Assembly: GCA_009691765.1 (NCBI GenBank)
Contig: SIAO01000002.1
Location: 154,415 to 218,414, forward strand
Direction: 5' to 3'
Source: Planctomycetota bacterium
Lineage (GTDB): Bacteria; Planctomycetota; GCA-002687715
Length of the DNA: 64,000 bases
The translations under genes were made by a program, and so were the position numbers. Positions 8,866 through 19,379 of the stretch are shown here, piece by piece. Below the pieces are notes generated by a model. That model was given only the letters and a program-made list of their open reading frames with translations, searched no databases and was not told the origin of the DNA. Within the stretch, counting starts at the first letter, position 1, and the number at the start of each line of letters is the position of its first letter.

Positions 8866-9935
8866 CGAAGTAGCCCCTTATGCGCGGCCAATTCCGCATT
8901 GAGCAAACTGCCGCCGGCCGCGCCGCGCTCCGTGTTGTGCCCGAGCACCGTCATTTTGATCCCGAACAGAGAGCAAGGCCGAATACGGCCAATGTGCACC
9001 GACATGCCGGTGTCGCGTTCCACATCCACGCGGGGTTGCGGGCGATCCTCCTCGGTGTGCAACACCAAGACGCGCTGCGGCGCTGAATGCAATTTGAGTT
9101 GCTGCGGTTCAGGCGTCCACTCAACGAGCGCTTTGGCTACAGCGACAGGTGTTGGGGCACCCTTCAGTCGCACAGATACCGAAAGCGTATGGCCTTCTTG
9201 CACTGGAACGCGATGACATGCCGCACTCACGACAGCATGGGTGGGAATCACAGCGCCACCGCGCAGCGCCCCCAGCAATTTGACTGTCTCCAACTCCACT
9301 TTGGATTCTTCGCCACGAATGTGCGGAATAATGTTGCCCAGAATGTCGAGCGCGGACACACCCGGATAACCGGCCCCAGAGATCGCTTGCATGCTCACCA
9401 TGTGCACGGCTTCAATGCCGAACACCACATCGAGGGGTTTCAGCGCCATCACCAAAACAGTGCTGGTGCAATTCGGATTGGTGATGATGCCGCCGCTCCA
9501 ACCACGACGCGCTCTTTGCACTGACAGCAACTCGAGATGCTCTGGATTCACTTCCGGTACGAGCAGTGGAACATCCTCGGCCATGCGAAATGCTGCCGCG
9601 TTGGAAAACACAATCGCACTGGCCGCCGCGAAAAGTGGTTCCAGTTCTTGCGCAGGCCCGGTGTCGAGCGCAGAGAACACGACGCGAGCCGTCACGGCTG
9701 TCGGCGTGCAGGGTAAGAGTGTTTGCGCCCCATAACCGCCATAGGGCTCGCCGTCCAAACGCCACGCGCAGGCCTCGTCGTAGCGTTTGCCTACGCTGCG
9801 TTCCGAAGCCGCTATTTGCACCAAGCGGAATTGCGGATGCGCCGCAAGTCTGCGCACAAACCGTTGCCCCACGACTCCGGTGGCGCCAAGGACCGCAACA
9901 TCAATACGATTTGCACTCACAGCGGCTGCTCCCAA
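8862..9935 (-). CDS. asd: aspartate-semialdehyde dehydrogenase
   Basis: 357-aa ORF with VAVLGATGVVGQ NAD(P) binding and an active-site Cys region NPNCTST. Confidence 0.9.
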   Translation of the reverse strand: MGAAAVSANRIDVAVLGATGVVGQRFVRRLAAHPQFRLVQIAASERSVGKRYDEACAWRLDGEPYGGYGAQTLLPCTPTAVTARVVFSALDTGPAQELEPLFAAASAIVFSNAAAFRMAEDVPLLVPEVNPEHLELLSVQRARRGWSGGIITNPNCTSTVLVMALKPLDVVFGIEAVHMVSMQAISGAGYPGVSALDILGNIIPHIRGEESKVELETVKLLGALRGGAVIPTHAVVSAACHRVPVQEGHTLSVSVRLKGAPTPVAVAKALVEWTPEPQQLKLHSAPQRVLVLHTEEDRPQPRVDVERDTGMSVHIGRIRPCSLFGIKMTVLGHNTERGAAGGSLLNAELAAHKGLLR

Positions 9936-10978
9936 AAGTGCTCTGACAGGCGCAGCAGCAAAGCCACACCGGCATCGAGGTCGGCGCGCGTCAGATGTTC
10001 GTGTGCCGTGTGTGCCACTTCAATGGCGCCGGGCCCGGCGAGCACCACAGTCCGGGACGGCACCAAAGCGCGCACGCGCGGGGCATCACTACCGAACGAC
10101 ACCATGGCTCGCGGAAACCCTGGCACTTCCGGGAAGCGCGCCGCAGGCGTGTGGTTGAGTTGCTGCACCTGTCCGCATTCGGGTTTGTGAGCTTGCACTA
10201 ATTCCGTGAAGTTCGAATCCGGCAATTCGCGCAGCAATAGGACCGCTGCAGCGTGCTCGGGAACAATGTTGGGCGCACAGCCTCCACTGATTTGTCCGAG
10301 ATTCCACACCTCGGGGCCGAGCTCTGCGTCAGCAGGCCGCTCTTCCATGCGCAGTGCTTGGACCCAATCCAATAACGGCCAAATAGCACTGCGGCCAAGC
10401 TCTGGAGTGCCACTGTGCGCTGGCTCGCCTTTGCAAGTGAGTTGCAGAATACGCACACCGCGCTGGCCCGACCCCAACACATTGTGCGTGGGCTCGCCGT
10501 TGAACACTGCACGCAGTTGCGGGAAGCGTCCGCGCAGAGTGAGCTCCGCATGTTTCGCGCCAAGCGAATCGGTTTCTTCACCCACAACTCCCAACCATGC
10601 CACATCATGCATGCCGCGTTGCGCCAACGCTGCGATGGCAGCGAATTGCGCCACCATCTGCCCTTTGGCATCGCAAGTGCCGCGCCCGTAGAGCGTGTCG
10701 CCTTTGAGATGTGGCGCAATGAACGGTGGCACGGTGTCGCAATGCGTACTGAACAACAGCTTTGGTGTGCCGCGCCACGCGAGCACATTGTGCCGACCTG
10801 GCGCAACTTCGATCAGTTCCACTTTCAGTCCGAGGCCAGCGAGCTGCGCATGCAACACGGGCAGCAAGCGGTCTTCCACTCCTGTGGTCGAATCCACAGC
10901 GCAAAGCTCGCGCAGCGCTCTGAATCGCCCTTCAGAAGTGAGGAACTCGCTGACCATGGTTGCAAGTATGGCCGCCAC
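9917..10978 (-). CDS. dapE: M20 family metallopeptidase, probable succinyl-diaminopimelate desuccinylase (DapE; ArgE not excluded)
   Basis: 353-aa ORF with M20 motifs (HCDTVP, GRGTCDAKG, GEETDS). The dapE assignment rests on its position at the head of the dap/lysC/asd array. Confidence 0.65.
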   Translation of the reverse strand: MAAILATMVSEFLTSEGRFRALRELCAVDSTTGVEDRLLPVLHAQLAGLGLKVELIEVAPGRHNVLAWRGTPKLLFSTHCDTVPPFIAPHLKGDTLYGRGTCDAKGQMVAQFAAIAALAQRGMHDVAWLGVVGEETDSLGAKHAELTLRGRFPQLRAVFNGEPTHNVLGSGQRGVRILQLTCKGEPAHSGTPELGRSAIWPLLDWVQALRMEERPADAELGPEVWNLGQISGGCAPNIVPEHAAAVLLLRELPDSNFTELVQAHKPECGQVQQLNHTPAARFPEVPGFPRAMVSFGSDAPRVRALVPSRTVVLAGPGAIEVAHTAHEHLTRADLDAGVALLLRLSEHFWEQPL

Positions 10979-11025
10979 AATGCGCGAACGCCAGCGGCAG
11001 GCCTAACAGGGCACGCCGTGATGCA

Positions 11026-11553
11026 TCAAAGCAATGCGCTCAGTGCACTGAAGACCGCGTCGGGTGCGCCGTCAGCCGGGATCGAAAGTTCGGCACAAGC
11101 GCGATAGAGCCGGGTGCGCATGGCGTGAAGCATGCGCGCCTCCTCGCTCGAGCTACGACCCACCAACAACGGACGCGTGCTGGCATCCGAGTCGGCAAGA
11201 GCGCGACGCACGGCCTCATCCGCAGAAAGTTCGAGATGAATCACCCGGCCAAAACTCTGCAGCAATGCAGCAGATTCCAGCACCGTCGGCGTCCCACCGC
11301 CTGCAGCCAGCACAAGACCACGTGGGACTGATACAGCACAAACCGCACGCAGTGCAGTGAGTTCTGCCTCACGAAACGCTGCCTCACCTTCGCTACGAAT
11401 CCACTCGGCTGGACTCCGCCCAGTGCACTCCTCCACCACAGCATCAAGATCCGCAAAGTCCGCGCCGAGATGCGCCGCCAAACGCCGCCCGAGCGTGGTT
11501 TTCCCACTGCGACGTAGACCGATTAGAGCGATATTCGTTCGCGCAGCGCCCAT
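11026..11553 (-). CDS. aroK: shikimate kinase
   Basis: 175-aa ORF with Walker A GLRRSGKTT and a shikimate-kinase LID region. Its start overlaps the end of aroDE. Confidence 0.85.
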   Translation of the reverse strand: MGAARTNIALIGLRRSGKTTLGRRLAAHLGADFADLDAVVEECTGRSPAEWIRSEGEAAFREAELTALRAVCAVSVPRGLVLAAGGGTPTVLESAALLQSFGRVIHLELSADEAVRRALADSDASTRPLLVGRSSSEEARMLHAMRTRLYRACAELSIPADGAPDAVFSALSALL

Positions 11554-13001
11554 GTCACCGCTTCTTTCACATGACGCGTCACGTTAGGCAAGTGCCCCCA
11601 CCAGATATTCATCTGGTGCGTCGCTTGAACGGCATACATGCGCTCACCCCCGAGCAGTTTCGCGCCACGCGCGCGTCCTGCACGTAACAAGCTGGTTTCA
11701 CGGGGGCGGTAATTCATGTCGAACAGAATCTGCCCCTGCGCCAAGAGTTTTTCCGGAACGGGCAACACACCCGGTGCGCGACTACCGCCCACAGGTGTGG
11801 CATTCACGATGACTCGCGGTGGACTATCGATCTGTGCAGCAGCGTGGACACCCAAGTCCTGCGCCACATGCTCTGCGCGCTCCATGTTGCGGTTGGTCAC
11901 CGTCACTTCGAAACCGAGTTGCAAGAGAGCGAGCGCCGCGGCGCGCGCCGCTCCGCCAGCACCAACGACCAACGCAGCGCCACGCGCTGTGTCTTCACCC
12001 AACGCATCGAGCATCACTTCGCGGACACCGTAGTAGTCCGTATTCCATGCCGTGAGTTTGCCATCCTGCATGTGCAACGTGTTGGCTGCACCGATTGCGC
12101 GCGCCAGCGGATGAACGCTGTCCGCAGCATGCAGCACTGATTCTTTCAGTGGTGAAGTCACCGACACTCCACGCAGATTCAGGCGACGCATCATTTCACG
12201 CAAACCACCAATGCCTTGCGTCGGCAAGGGCACATAGATGGCGGGGAGTTTGATGGCGCGAAACACTTGCGCAAACACCAACGGTCCGATGCTCGTGGCG
12301 GGGTGCTCCGCCAAGATCGCGAAAGCGGCTACTGGCTCCGGCAAACTGCTGTCCGGATAATAGAGCGTGGTGAGGTCCAACATGTCTGGCAAACCCGGAG
12401 CACTGAGTTGTTCGCGCGCCGAGCTGCCGCGTGCACGCGCATAAACCCACGGAGAACCAATGCGTCGAAACAACAAACGCGTCCCGAGGGCATCGGCACC
12501 CAGACCGAAGGCCACCACTTTGCCTGGTGCTGAATCGCAAGCCCGCGTGAGCGCAAGAACATCAGCAGCATTATTCACTTTCGTCGCAAGTTTCACTTTG
12601 TCCGCTTGATGCTGCAACGCCAGCGACACGAGCGCTTCAAGATCACGGGGTGTCGTTGTCGGGTCGTGGTGCGAGACGAGTAACTTGCGGCCGCGCGGGC
12701 CCGTCCAACGCGCAACGGCATCCAATTCAACATCCACCATCACAGCGCCACAACGCAGAGCGCGTTGCAATAAAGCGAAGCGCGCTTCTTCACTGCCTTT
12801 CCACCAACCACCATCGGTTTCGCGACGACACGTGGCCAAGACTGGCAATGGCGCGCCCAGAATCACATCGCAATCTGGTTGGTCCAGCGCATCGAGACGC
12901 AGCTCCGCCATGACACCGCCCGGCGCATGTGCTGCCGCGAGATGCCGAAACACATCTAGCACGCACGCGGCGTTGCGTTCCGCTACCACTGCAATAATCA
13001 T
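11523..13001 (-). CDS. aroDE: bifunctional 3-dehydroquinate dehydratase (type I) / shikimate 5-dehydrogenase fusion
   Basis: 492-aa ORF. The N-terminal half has type I DHQase motifs (ELRLDAL, ATCRRETDGGWW, VSHHDPTTTP). The C-terminal half is AroE-like (VTSPLKESV, AIGAANTL, WNTDYYG, GAGGAARA). Confidence 0.85.
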   Translation of the reverse strand: MIIAVVAERNAACVLDVFRHLAAAHAPGGVMAELRLDALDQPDCDVILGAPLPVLATCRRETDGGWWKGSEEARFALLQRALRCGAVMVDVELDAVARWTGPRGRKLLVSHHDPTTTPRDLEALVSLALQHQADKVKLATKVNNAADVLALTRACDSAPGKVVAFGLGADALGTRLLFRRIGSPWVYARARGSSAREQLSAPGLPDMLDLTTLYYPDSSLPEPVAAFAILAEHPATSIGPLVFAQVFRAIKLPAIYVPLPTQGIGGLREMMRRLNLRGVSVTSPLKESVLHAADSVHPLARAIGAANTLHMQDGKLTAWNTDYYGVREVMLDALGEDTARGAALVVGAGGAARAAALALLQLGFEVTVTNRNMERAEHVAQDLGVHAAAQIDSPPRVIVNATPVGGSRAPGVLPVPEKLLAQGQILFDMNYRPRETSLLRAGRARGAKLLGGERMYAVQATHQMNIWWGHLPNVTRHVKEAVTWALRERISL

Positions 13002-13864
13002 GCGTGCTCCTCACCCAACAACCGCTGCATCGCACCAAGCTGCCGCGCATCCCCACTCTGCTGGGCCACGCGCAACAATGCTGCATACACCGTGCGCAAC
13101 AACTCAGCATCAGCGCCGTGATGCAGCTCCATGTGCGCAAGATGCCGCTGCACTGTGCCGACGTCACCACGCTGCACCGGACCCGTCAACGCAACCGGGC
13201 CGAGCACCGCCGCATTCGCCAACGCCATACTTGCCAAAGAGGCAAGCTCACGCCGCGCATCCGCCGCTGAAAACCCAGCGCGCATCCAAACTTGAATAGC
13301 CACTTCGAGCAACGCAATCACGCCATTGCCAGCGAGCGCTGCGCCAAGGTGATACGCCGTGCGTTGCGCGGCCGGTACGCGCAACGGGTGCCCGCCGAGC
13401 TCCGTGGCCAACGCGTCCAGCGCAGCAGCGCATTCCGGCGCAGCATCTACGGCCACCATGGCGCCTCCAAGATCCATAGGCGCATCATCGCCATTGGCCA
13501 GCGAGCGCAACGGATGAAAGGCGGCTGTCTGCAATCCGCGCGCGGCAAGCGGCGCCAACACATCGCGCCCATGCATGGCGCTCAGATGCACGACCGTCGC
13601 GTTGCGAGGCAACGGCCCAGCAGCAATGTTGGCCGCTACTTGTGCGAGCACATCATCAGGCACCGACAGCAACAGCCACGCATCCTCGGGAAGCTGCGGC
13701 AACGCAGCCGTCCATGGTGCGCCGAGCAGTGCGCGTGCTCGCGCCCCAGTAATACCGGATCCACCGCTCAATGACAGCACTTGAGTGCCGCGCGCCGCGA
13801 GCATGCGCGCCAGCCCTGTGCCTGCTTTCCCTGGCCCATGCACATGCAGTTGCTGCACAATCAT
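12998..13864 (-). CDS. Rossmann-fold NAD(P)-binding protein, DUF2520/F420-oxidoreductase-like; candidate PanG-type ketopantoate reductase
   Basis: 288-aa ORF with an N-terminal GPGKAG dinucleotide-binding motif and a C-terminal helical domain. It lies two genes upstream of panC in the same array, with overlapping stops and starts on both sides. Confidence 0.55.
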   Translation of the reverse strand: MIVQQLHVHGPGKAGTGLARMLAARGTQVLSLSGGSGITGARARALLGAPWTAALPQLPEDAWLLLSVPDDVLAQVAANIAAGPLPRNATVVHLSAMHGRDVLAPLAARGLQTAAFHPLRSLANGDDAPMDLGGAMVAVDAAPECAAALDALATELGGHPLRVPAAQRTAYHLGAALAGNGVIALLEVAIQVWMRAGFSAADARRELASLASMALANAAVLGPVALTGPVQRGDVGTVQRHLAHMELHHGADAELLRTVYAALLRVAQQSGDARQLGAMQRLLGEEHA

Positions 13865-14715
13865 GCAGACTCCGGCGGACGAGACTTCACCGCGTACGCC
13901 ATCCAGTCTTTGCGAGTGTTCAGACGTGTGGCCACGATTTCAGCGTCTGCGCGATCTTTCGCGAGGAAAAATAACGCCCCGCCGCTGCCCGACAGGTGCG
14001 GCGTGCGTCCACCCAACATGCGCGCTTCGGCACGCAGCCCGCCCAATTCAGGACTGACTCCGAATGCGGCTTCTTCGAGACGGTTGAACAATAGAGTCGC
14101 TTCGAGTGGCAGCCCGTCGCGCAGCGCGCTGAGCAAGCGCCCCGGACCCTCATTGTGTGTTGGCACCTGCAACGCGCCGTACACCGCAGCGGTGGAAGTG
14201 CTGGCCTTCGAGACCAGAATCACATAATGACGCTCGCCGCGTGCCGCCACAGGCTGAACAACTTCGCCGCGTCCCGTGCACAGACACACACCGCCGTGGA
14301 CGAAGAACGCGGTGTCGCTGCCCACCTTAGACACGATTTTTTGCAATCGCTCACGCGGACATTCGACACCATGGAGTTGCAACACTCCGCGCAACGCGGT
14401 GACCGCGTCGCTTGAACCCGCACCCAACCCCGTACCTGGGGGCAGCACTTTGCGCAGCGTGATGGCTGCGGGCAATGCCACGCCCAATTCCGCTTCCGCG
14501 GCGCGCACAGCTTTCCACACAATATTGTCGGCACCACCCGGCACATCGGCGCGATCGGAGCGCACAGAGAGTTCAGATGCCGTCGCCACCTTCACCGTGT
14601 CGCCGAAATCCACACACTCCATCACCGTAACGATTTCGTGATAGCCGCTGCTCTGACGCTCACGCACTTCAAGAAACAGATTCAGCTTCACAGGTGCGGC
14701 GAAAGCGAGGCTCAT
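13861..14715 (-). CDS. ispE: 4-(cytidine 5'-diphospho)-2-C-methyl-D-erythritol kinase
   Basis: 284-aa GHMP kinase ORF with KLNLFLEV, PPGTGLGAGSSDA and a GSGGALF C-terminal motif. Confidence 0.85.
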   Translation of the reverse strand: MSLAFAAPVKLNLFLEVRERQSSGYHEIVTVMECVDFGDTVKVATASELSVRSDRADVPGGADNIVWKAVRAAEAELGVALPAAITLRKVLPPGTGLGAGSSDAVTALRGVLQLHGVECPRERLQKIVSKVGSDTAFFVHGGVCLCTGRGEVVQPVAARGERHYVILVSKASTSTAAVYGALQVPTHNEGPGRLLSALRDGLPLEATLLFNRLEEAAFGVSPELGGLRAEARMLGGRTPHLSGSGGALFFLAKDRADAEIVATRLNTRKDWMAYAVKSRPPESA

Positions 14716-15581
14716 GGCGCGGTCTCCATGCCGAGTAAGGCATTGTCGATGAGGCGCGCAGAACCGAGGAACGCTGCCACGGCCACCACATCGCCCGTTT
14801 GCACACTGCCGCAGCGTTGCGACAAGTCCTGCGCATCACGCACTTCCAGATAATCCAAACGAAAGCGCGGCTCTGCGGCAATGCGTGTGCGCCCAAATTC
14901 TGTCAGGGTGGCTGCATCGCGCTGGCCCGCGCGGAAAGCTCGGTCCATCTGCAACAGTGCGGCGCGCAAGCCTATTGCCACTGCCCGCTCGGGCGCGCTC
15001 AAGTAACGATTGCGACTCGACATAGCGAGTCCATCGGCTTCGCGCAGCGTTGGGCACACTTCAATCTGCACCGGCAAATTCAAATCCCGCACCATGCGCC
15101 GAATAAGCAGCGCCTGCTGAAAGTCTTTGCGGCCGAAGCAAGCAACATCTGGCTGCACCATGTTCAACAGTTTCAATACCACAGTGAGCACACCGTCGAA
15201 GTGCCCTGGACGCGAACGCCCGCAAAGCACCTCTGTCATGCCAGGCATGTGCACTGTGGTGAAAAACCCCTGCGGATAAATCTCTTCCACTGCAGGCATG
15301 AACAAGAAACGACAACCGGAGGTTTCGAGCAAGGCAATATCGGCATCGGGCGTGCGCGGATACTGCGCTAAATCTTCCTTCGGCCCGAATTGCAACGGAT
15401 TCACGAAGATGCTGACCACCACGCAATCGCTCAAGGCGCGAGCTCGCTCCACCAGTGATGCGTGCCCAGCATGGAGCGCACCCATCGTGGGCACAAACCC
15501 GATACGTTGACCCGCGCTGCGCTGCTCATGAAGCGCGCCGCGCAATTCGGGCACGGAGCGCAACACTCGGAGAGTGGGCAT
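14712..15581 (-). CDS. panC: pantoate--beta-alanine ligase
   Basis: ORF 14712..15914 trimmed to MPTLRVL (289 aa). It has PanC motifs GFVPTMGALHAGH, FGPKEDL and FGRKDFQQ. Confidence 0.85.
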   Translation of the reverse strand: MPTLRVLRSVPELRGALHEQRSAGQRIGFVPTMGALHAGHASLVERARALSDCVVVSIFVNPLQFGPKEDLAQYPRTPDADIALLETSGCRFLFMPAVEEIYPQGFFTTVHMPGMTEVLCGRSRPGHFDGVLTVVLKLLNMVQPDVACFGRKDFQQALLIRRMVRDLNLPVQIEVCPTLREADGLAMSSRNRYLSAPERAVAIGLRAALLQMDRAFRAGQRDAATLTEFGRTRIAAEPRFRLDYLEVRDAQDLSQRCGSVQTGDVVAVAAFLGSARLIDNALLGMETAP

Positions 15582-15586
15582 GGTGC

Positions 15587-16099
15587 TCAGCCGCTGGCTT
15601 CCGCTTCGACCCACTCGCCGAAGCGCCGCACGCCACAATCGGCCGGCAATTCGTGGCGCAATTGCAACATCGTCTTGCCGCTTTGTGGATGCACCATCTT
15701 CGGCGCGATCTCTGCTGCTGGAATCAACACAAAGCCGCGCTCCCTCATGCGCGGATGCGGCACGACCAACGAAGCCGTAGCCATGCAGCGTTCGCCTTGC
15801 AGCAACAGATCCAAATCCAGCGTGCGCGGAGCCCCAACTTGTGAACGCGTGCGTCCGTGCCGCGCTTCTAACCCTTGCAAGTGCGCGAGCACAATCTGCG
15901 GAGGCAAATTGCATTCAAAGAGCGCGCACGCATTAAGGAATAGGCCCTGCGGCAAATCCGCAATAGGTTCGGTTTCGTACAAGGCGGACTGTGCAAGCAA
16001 GCGCAATCCCGGCACGCAGGAGAGGGAATGCAATGCAGCGCGGAGCGCGACAGTGCGGTCACCAAGGTTCGAGCCGAAGCCTATGAGCAACTGTTCCAT
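15587..16099 (-). CDS. folK: 2-amino-4-hydroxy-6-hydroxymethyldihydropteridine diphosphokinase
   Basis: ORF trimmed to MEQLLIGFGSNLGDR, which is the classic HPPK N-terminus; it also has the RTLDLDLL motif. Confidence 0.8.
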   Translation of the reverse strand: MEQLLIGFGSNLGDRTVALRAALHSLSCVPGLRLLAQSALYETEPIADLPQGLFLNACALFECNLPPQIVLAHLQGLEARHGRTRSQVGAPRTLDLDLLLQGERCMATASLVVPHPRMRERGFVLIPAAEIAPKMVHPQSGKTMLQLRHELPADCGVRRFGEWVEAEASG

Positions 16100-16106
16100 C
16101 GCTTCG

Positions 16107-16937
16107 TCAATTCTGCGCCGTCGTTGCCGGAGTACGCCGCGTGAAGACCGCAAGCAACGGACCGCTTGCCGCGAAAGCCACGCAGGTGAGCGGCACCATG
16201 ATTTCGAAATACATCGCGAAGAGTGCGAAGAGCCCCACGATCACTGCCATAGTGGTGAAGCTCTTGCGCTTGAATAACCACAGCGTGAGATGCACATAGC
16301 GCAGGCGGCTGACCATCAGCAACCCGCAGAGCCCGACAGCCCAAGGCAAACCGTGCCGCACCCAGGAATCTCCTGCTGCGTCGATGTCGGCGTTCAGAAT
16401 CACGAGCGAGGCGACCACCGCTGCGGCCGCCGGAGCCGGCAAGCCCTTGAACCAGCGGTGCGAATCTTCGTCGGACGTGGTCTCAATGTTGAAGCGTGCG
16501 AGGCGCAAAGCAGCACCTGCGATATACACCGACGCCAGCACCACGGCCACGCGGGCTCCGATGAATGTCTCGCCGCTGGTCATCAGTTGGTGAAAGAGCA
16601 ACGCTGGCGCCGCACCGAAACTCACCACATCGCAGATGGAATCCACCTGCTCGCCGAAGCGGCTGGTCTGCCCTGTCATGCGTGCGACTTTGCCGTCCAC
16701 CGCATCGAACACCATGGCGAGGAACAACAGCCCGCCCGCTTGCGCTTGCAATTCAGTGCGCACAAGAGCGTCGGTGGTCGCAGCCGCCGCGAGACACTTC
16801 ATCATCGCAATGAGGCCCGCGATGAGATTGCCAAGCGTGACCAAGGTGGGCAGGACTTGCACCGGGCGGATGCGCTTCTTAGTGCTGCGAGACGTTTCAC
16901 TTGGCCTAGCGCGTTGGCTTTCGGGACTCACGTTCAC
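16107..16937 (-). CDS. pssA: CDP-diacylglycerol--serine O-phosphatidyltransferase (CDP-alcohol phosphatidyltransferase family)
   Basis: 276-aa polytopic ORF with the CDP-OH P-transferase motif D-G-x2-A-R-x8-G-x3-D-x3-D (DAVDGKVARMTGQTSRFGEQVDSICD). Confidence 0.75.
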   Translation of the reverse strand: MNVSPESQRARPSETSRSTKKRIRPVQVLPTLVTLGNLIAGLIAMMKCLAAAATTDALVRTELQAQAGGLLFLAMVFDAVDGKVARMTGQTSRFGEQVDSICDVVSFGAAPALLFHQLMTSGETFIGARVAVVLASVYIAGAALRLARFNIETTSDEDSHRWFKGLPAPAAAAVVASLVILNADIDAAGDSWVRHGLPWAVGLCGLLMVSRLRYVHLTLWLFKRKSFTTMAVIVGLFALFAMYFEIMVPLTCVAFAASGPLLAVFTRRTPATTAQN

Positions 16938-17632
16938 TTTGGGGACTCCTTCAGACGCGCCAGCGCATCGGCGCCACCCTTCACTCGGTCTCCCACCCGC
17001 ACGAAAACCTCAGCCACCAAGTCGCGCGGCAAAAACACCTCGGCACGGCTACCGAATTTGATCATGCCGTAGCGCTCGCCACGCGCGAAACTCTGTCCCA
17101 AAGGCGCTGGGCAGACGATGCGGCGCGCAATCGCACCCGCGATTTGACGCACCAGCACTTTGCGGGGCCCCGAAGGCAGGTCTATCAGTAGCCCCAAGTC
17201 CATAGCCTCGTTGCGCTCGCTGCCAGCAGGGTCCCGAGCATCGAGAAATGCGCCAGGGCGATGCGCCAAGTGGCACACCGTCCCCTTCAGCGGCACTCGG
17301 TTCACGTGCACATCGAACACTGACAAGAAGATGCCGATGCGCACACACGGTCCACCGGTGAACTCGTTGGCCGGGATTTCCAGCACGTCGGTGACTTTGC
17401 CGTCCGCTGGGCTGACGCAGACATCTTCGCCTGCGGGCAGTGGCCGGTCCGGATCACGGAAGAAATTGAGCACGAAGGCATAGGCGCCGCCGCCCACAAT
17501 GGCGCAAACCACGCCAAACGGGCCACCCACGAGCACGAAGCCCGTAGCCGCACCTCCGAGAAAGAGCACGGCGAAAGCTGCGAGCTCTGGGATGCCATGG
17601 GGTGTGAGAGGCAAACGCATTGGGGCGCCCAT
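16934..17632 (-). CDS. psd: phosphatidylserine decarboxylase proenzyme
   Basis: ORF trimmed to MGAPMRLPLT. It has the Psd family core (SPADG, FLSVFDVH) and a terminal GST-like self-cleavage region (KFGSR). Its start overlaps the pssA stop by 4 nt. Confidence 0.8.
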   Translation of the reverse strand: MGAPMRLPLTPHGIPELAAFAVLFLGGAATGFVLVGGPFGVVCAIVGGGAYAFVLNFFRDPDRPLPAGEDVCVSPADGKVTDVLEIPANEFTGGPCVRIGIFLSVFDVHVNRVPLKGTVCHLAHRPGAFLDARDPAGSERNEAMDLGLLIDLPSGPRKVLVRQIAGAIARRIVCPAPLGQSFARGERYGMIKFGSRAEVFLPRDLVAEVFVRVGDRVKGGADALARLKESPK

Positions 17633-17649
17633 CGTAGGGCGGTTTGTAG

Positions 17650-18975
<1,326 letters not shown>

Positions 18976-19018
18976 AGCAGGTTTGCGCTGACGCAGAGCT
19001 TCCGGGGAGGAGGCGTTC

Positions 19019-19333
19019 GTGGACACTGATGATGCCAAGGCGCACCTGCGCCACACGCTTTTCTGGAGCGCGATGGGCCTCTTGGGACTCATCTTGTTCT
19101 TCGGGCAGTACTTGCCTGCGGTGCGCGACGCCGCCGACACCCGCGACCTCGTCGTACGCCTCGAACTGCGCATCGGCGAACTCCAAGCGGAGCGCGACAT
19201 GCTGCAAGCCCGTATCGCAGCAGTAGATCGCGGCGATCCCCATGCCATTCAGCGCGCCTTGCGCGAACATGACATTGTGCCCGCCGGAGTCACGCGCTTG
19301 GTCGAGAATGTGCCCGGCAGACAAAGACGATAA
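19019..19333 (+). CDS. ftsB: septum formation initiator, FtsB/DivIC-like
   Basis: 104-aa ORF with a single N-terminal TM helix followed by a coiled coil (LELRIGELQAERDMLQARIAAV). It sits immediately downstream of eno, the conserved eno-ftsB arrangement. Confidence 0.6.
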   Translation: MDTDDAKAHLRHTLFWSAMGLLGLILFFGQYLPAVRDAADTRDLVVRLELRIGELQAERDMLQARIAAVDRGDPHAIQRALREHDIVPAGVTRLVENVPGRQRR

Positions 19334-19379
19334 GCAACCGCGCGTTGGTAAACTTCGCGCCCCGGTGAGTGAAATTTGA

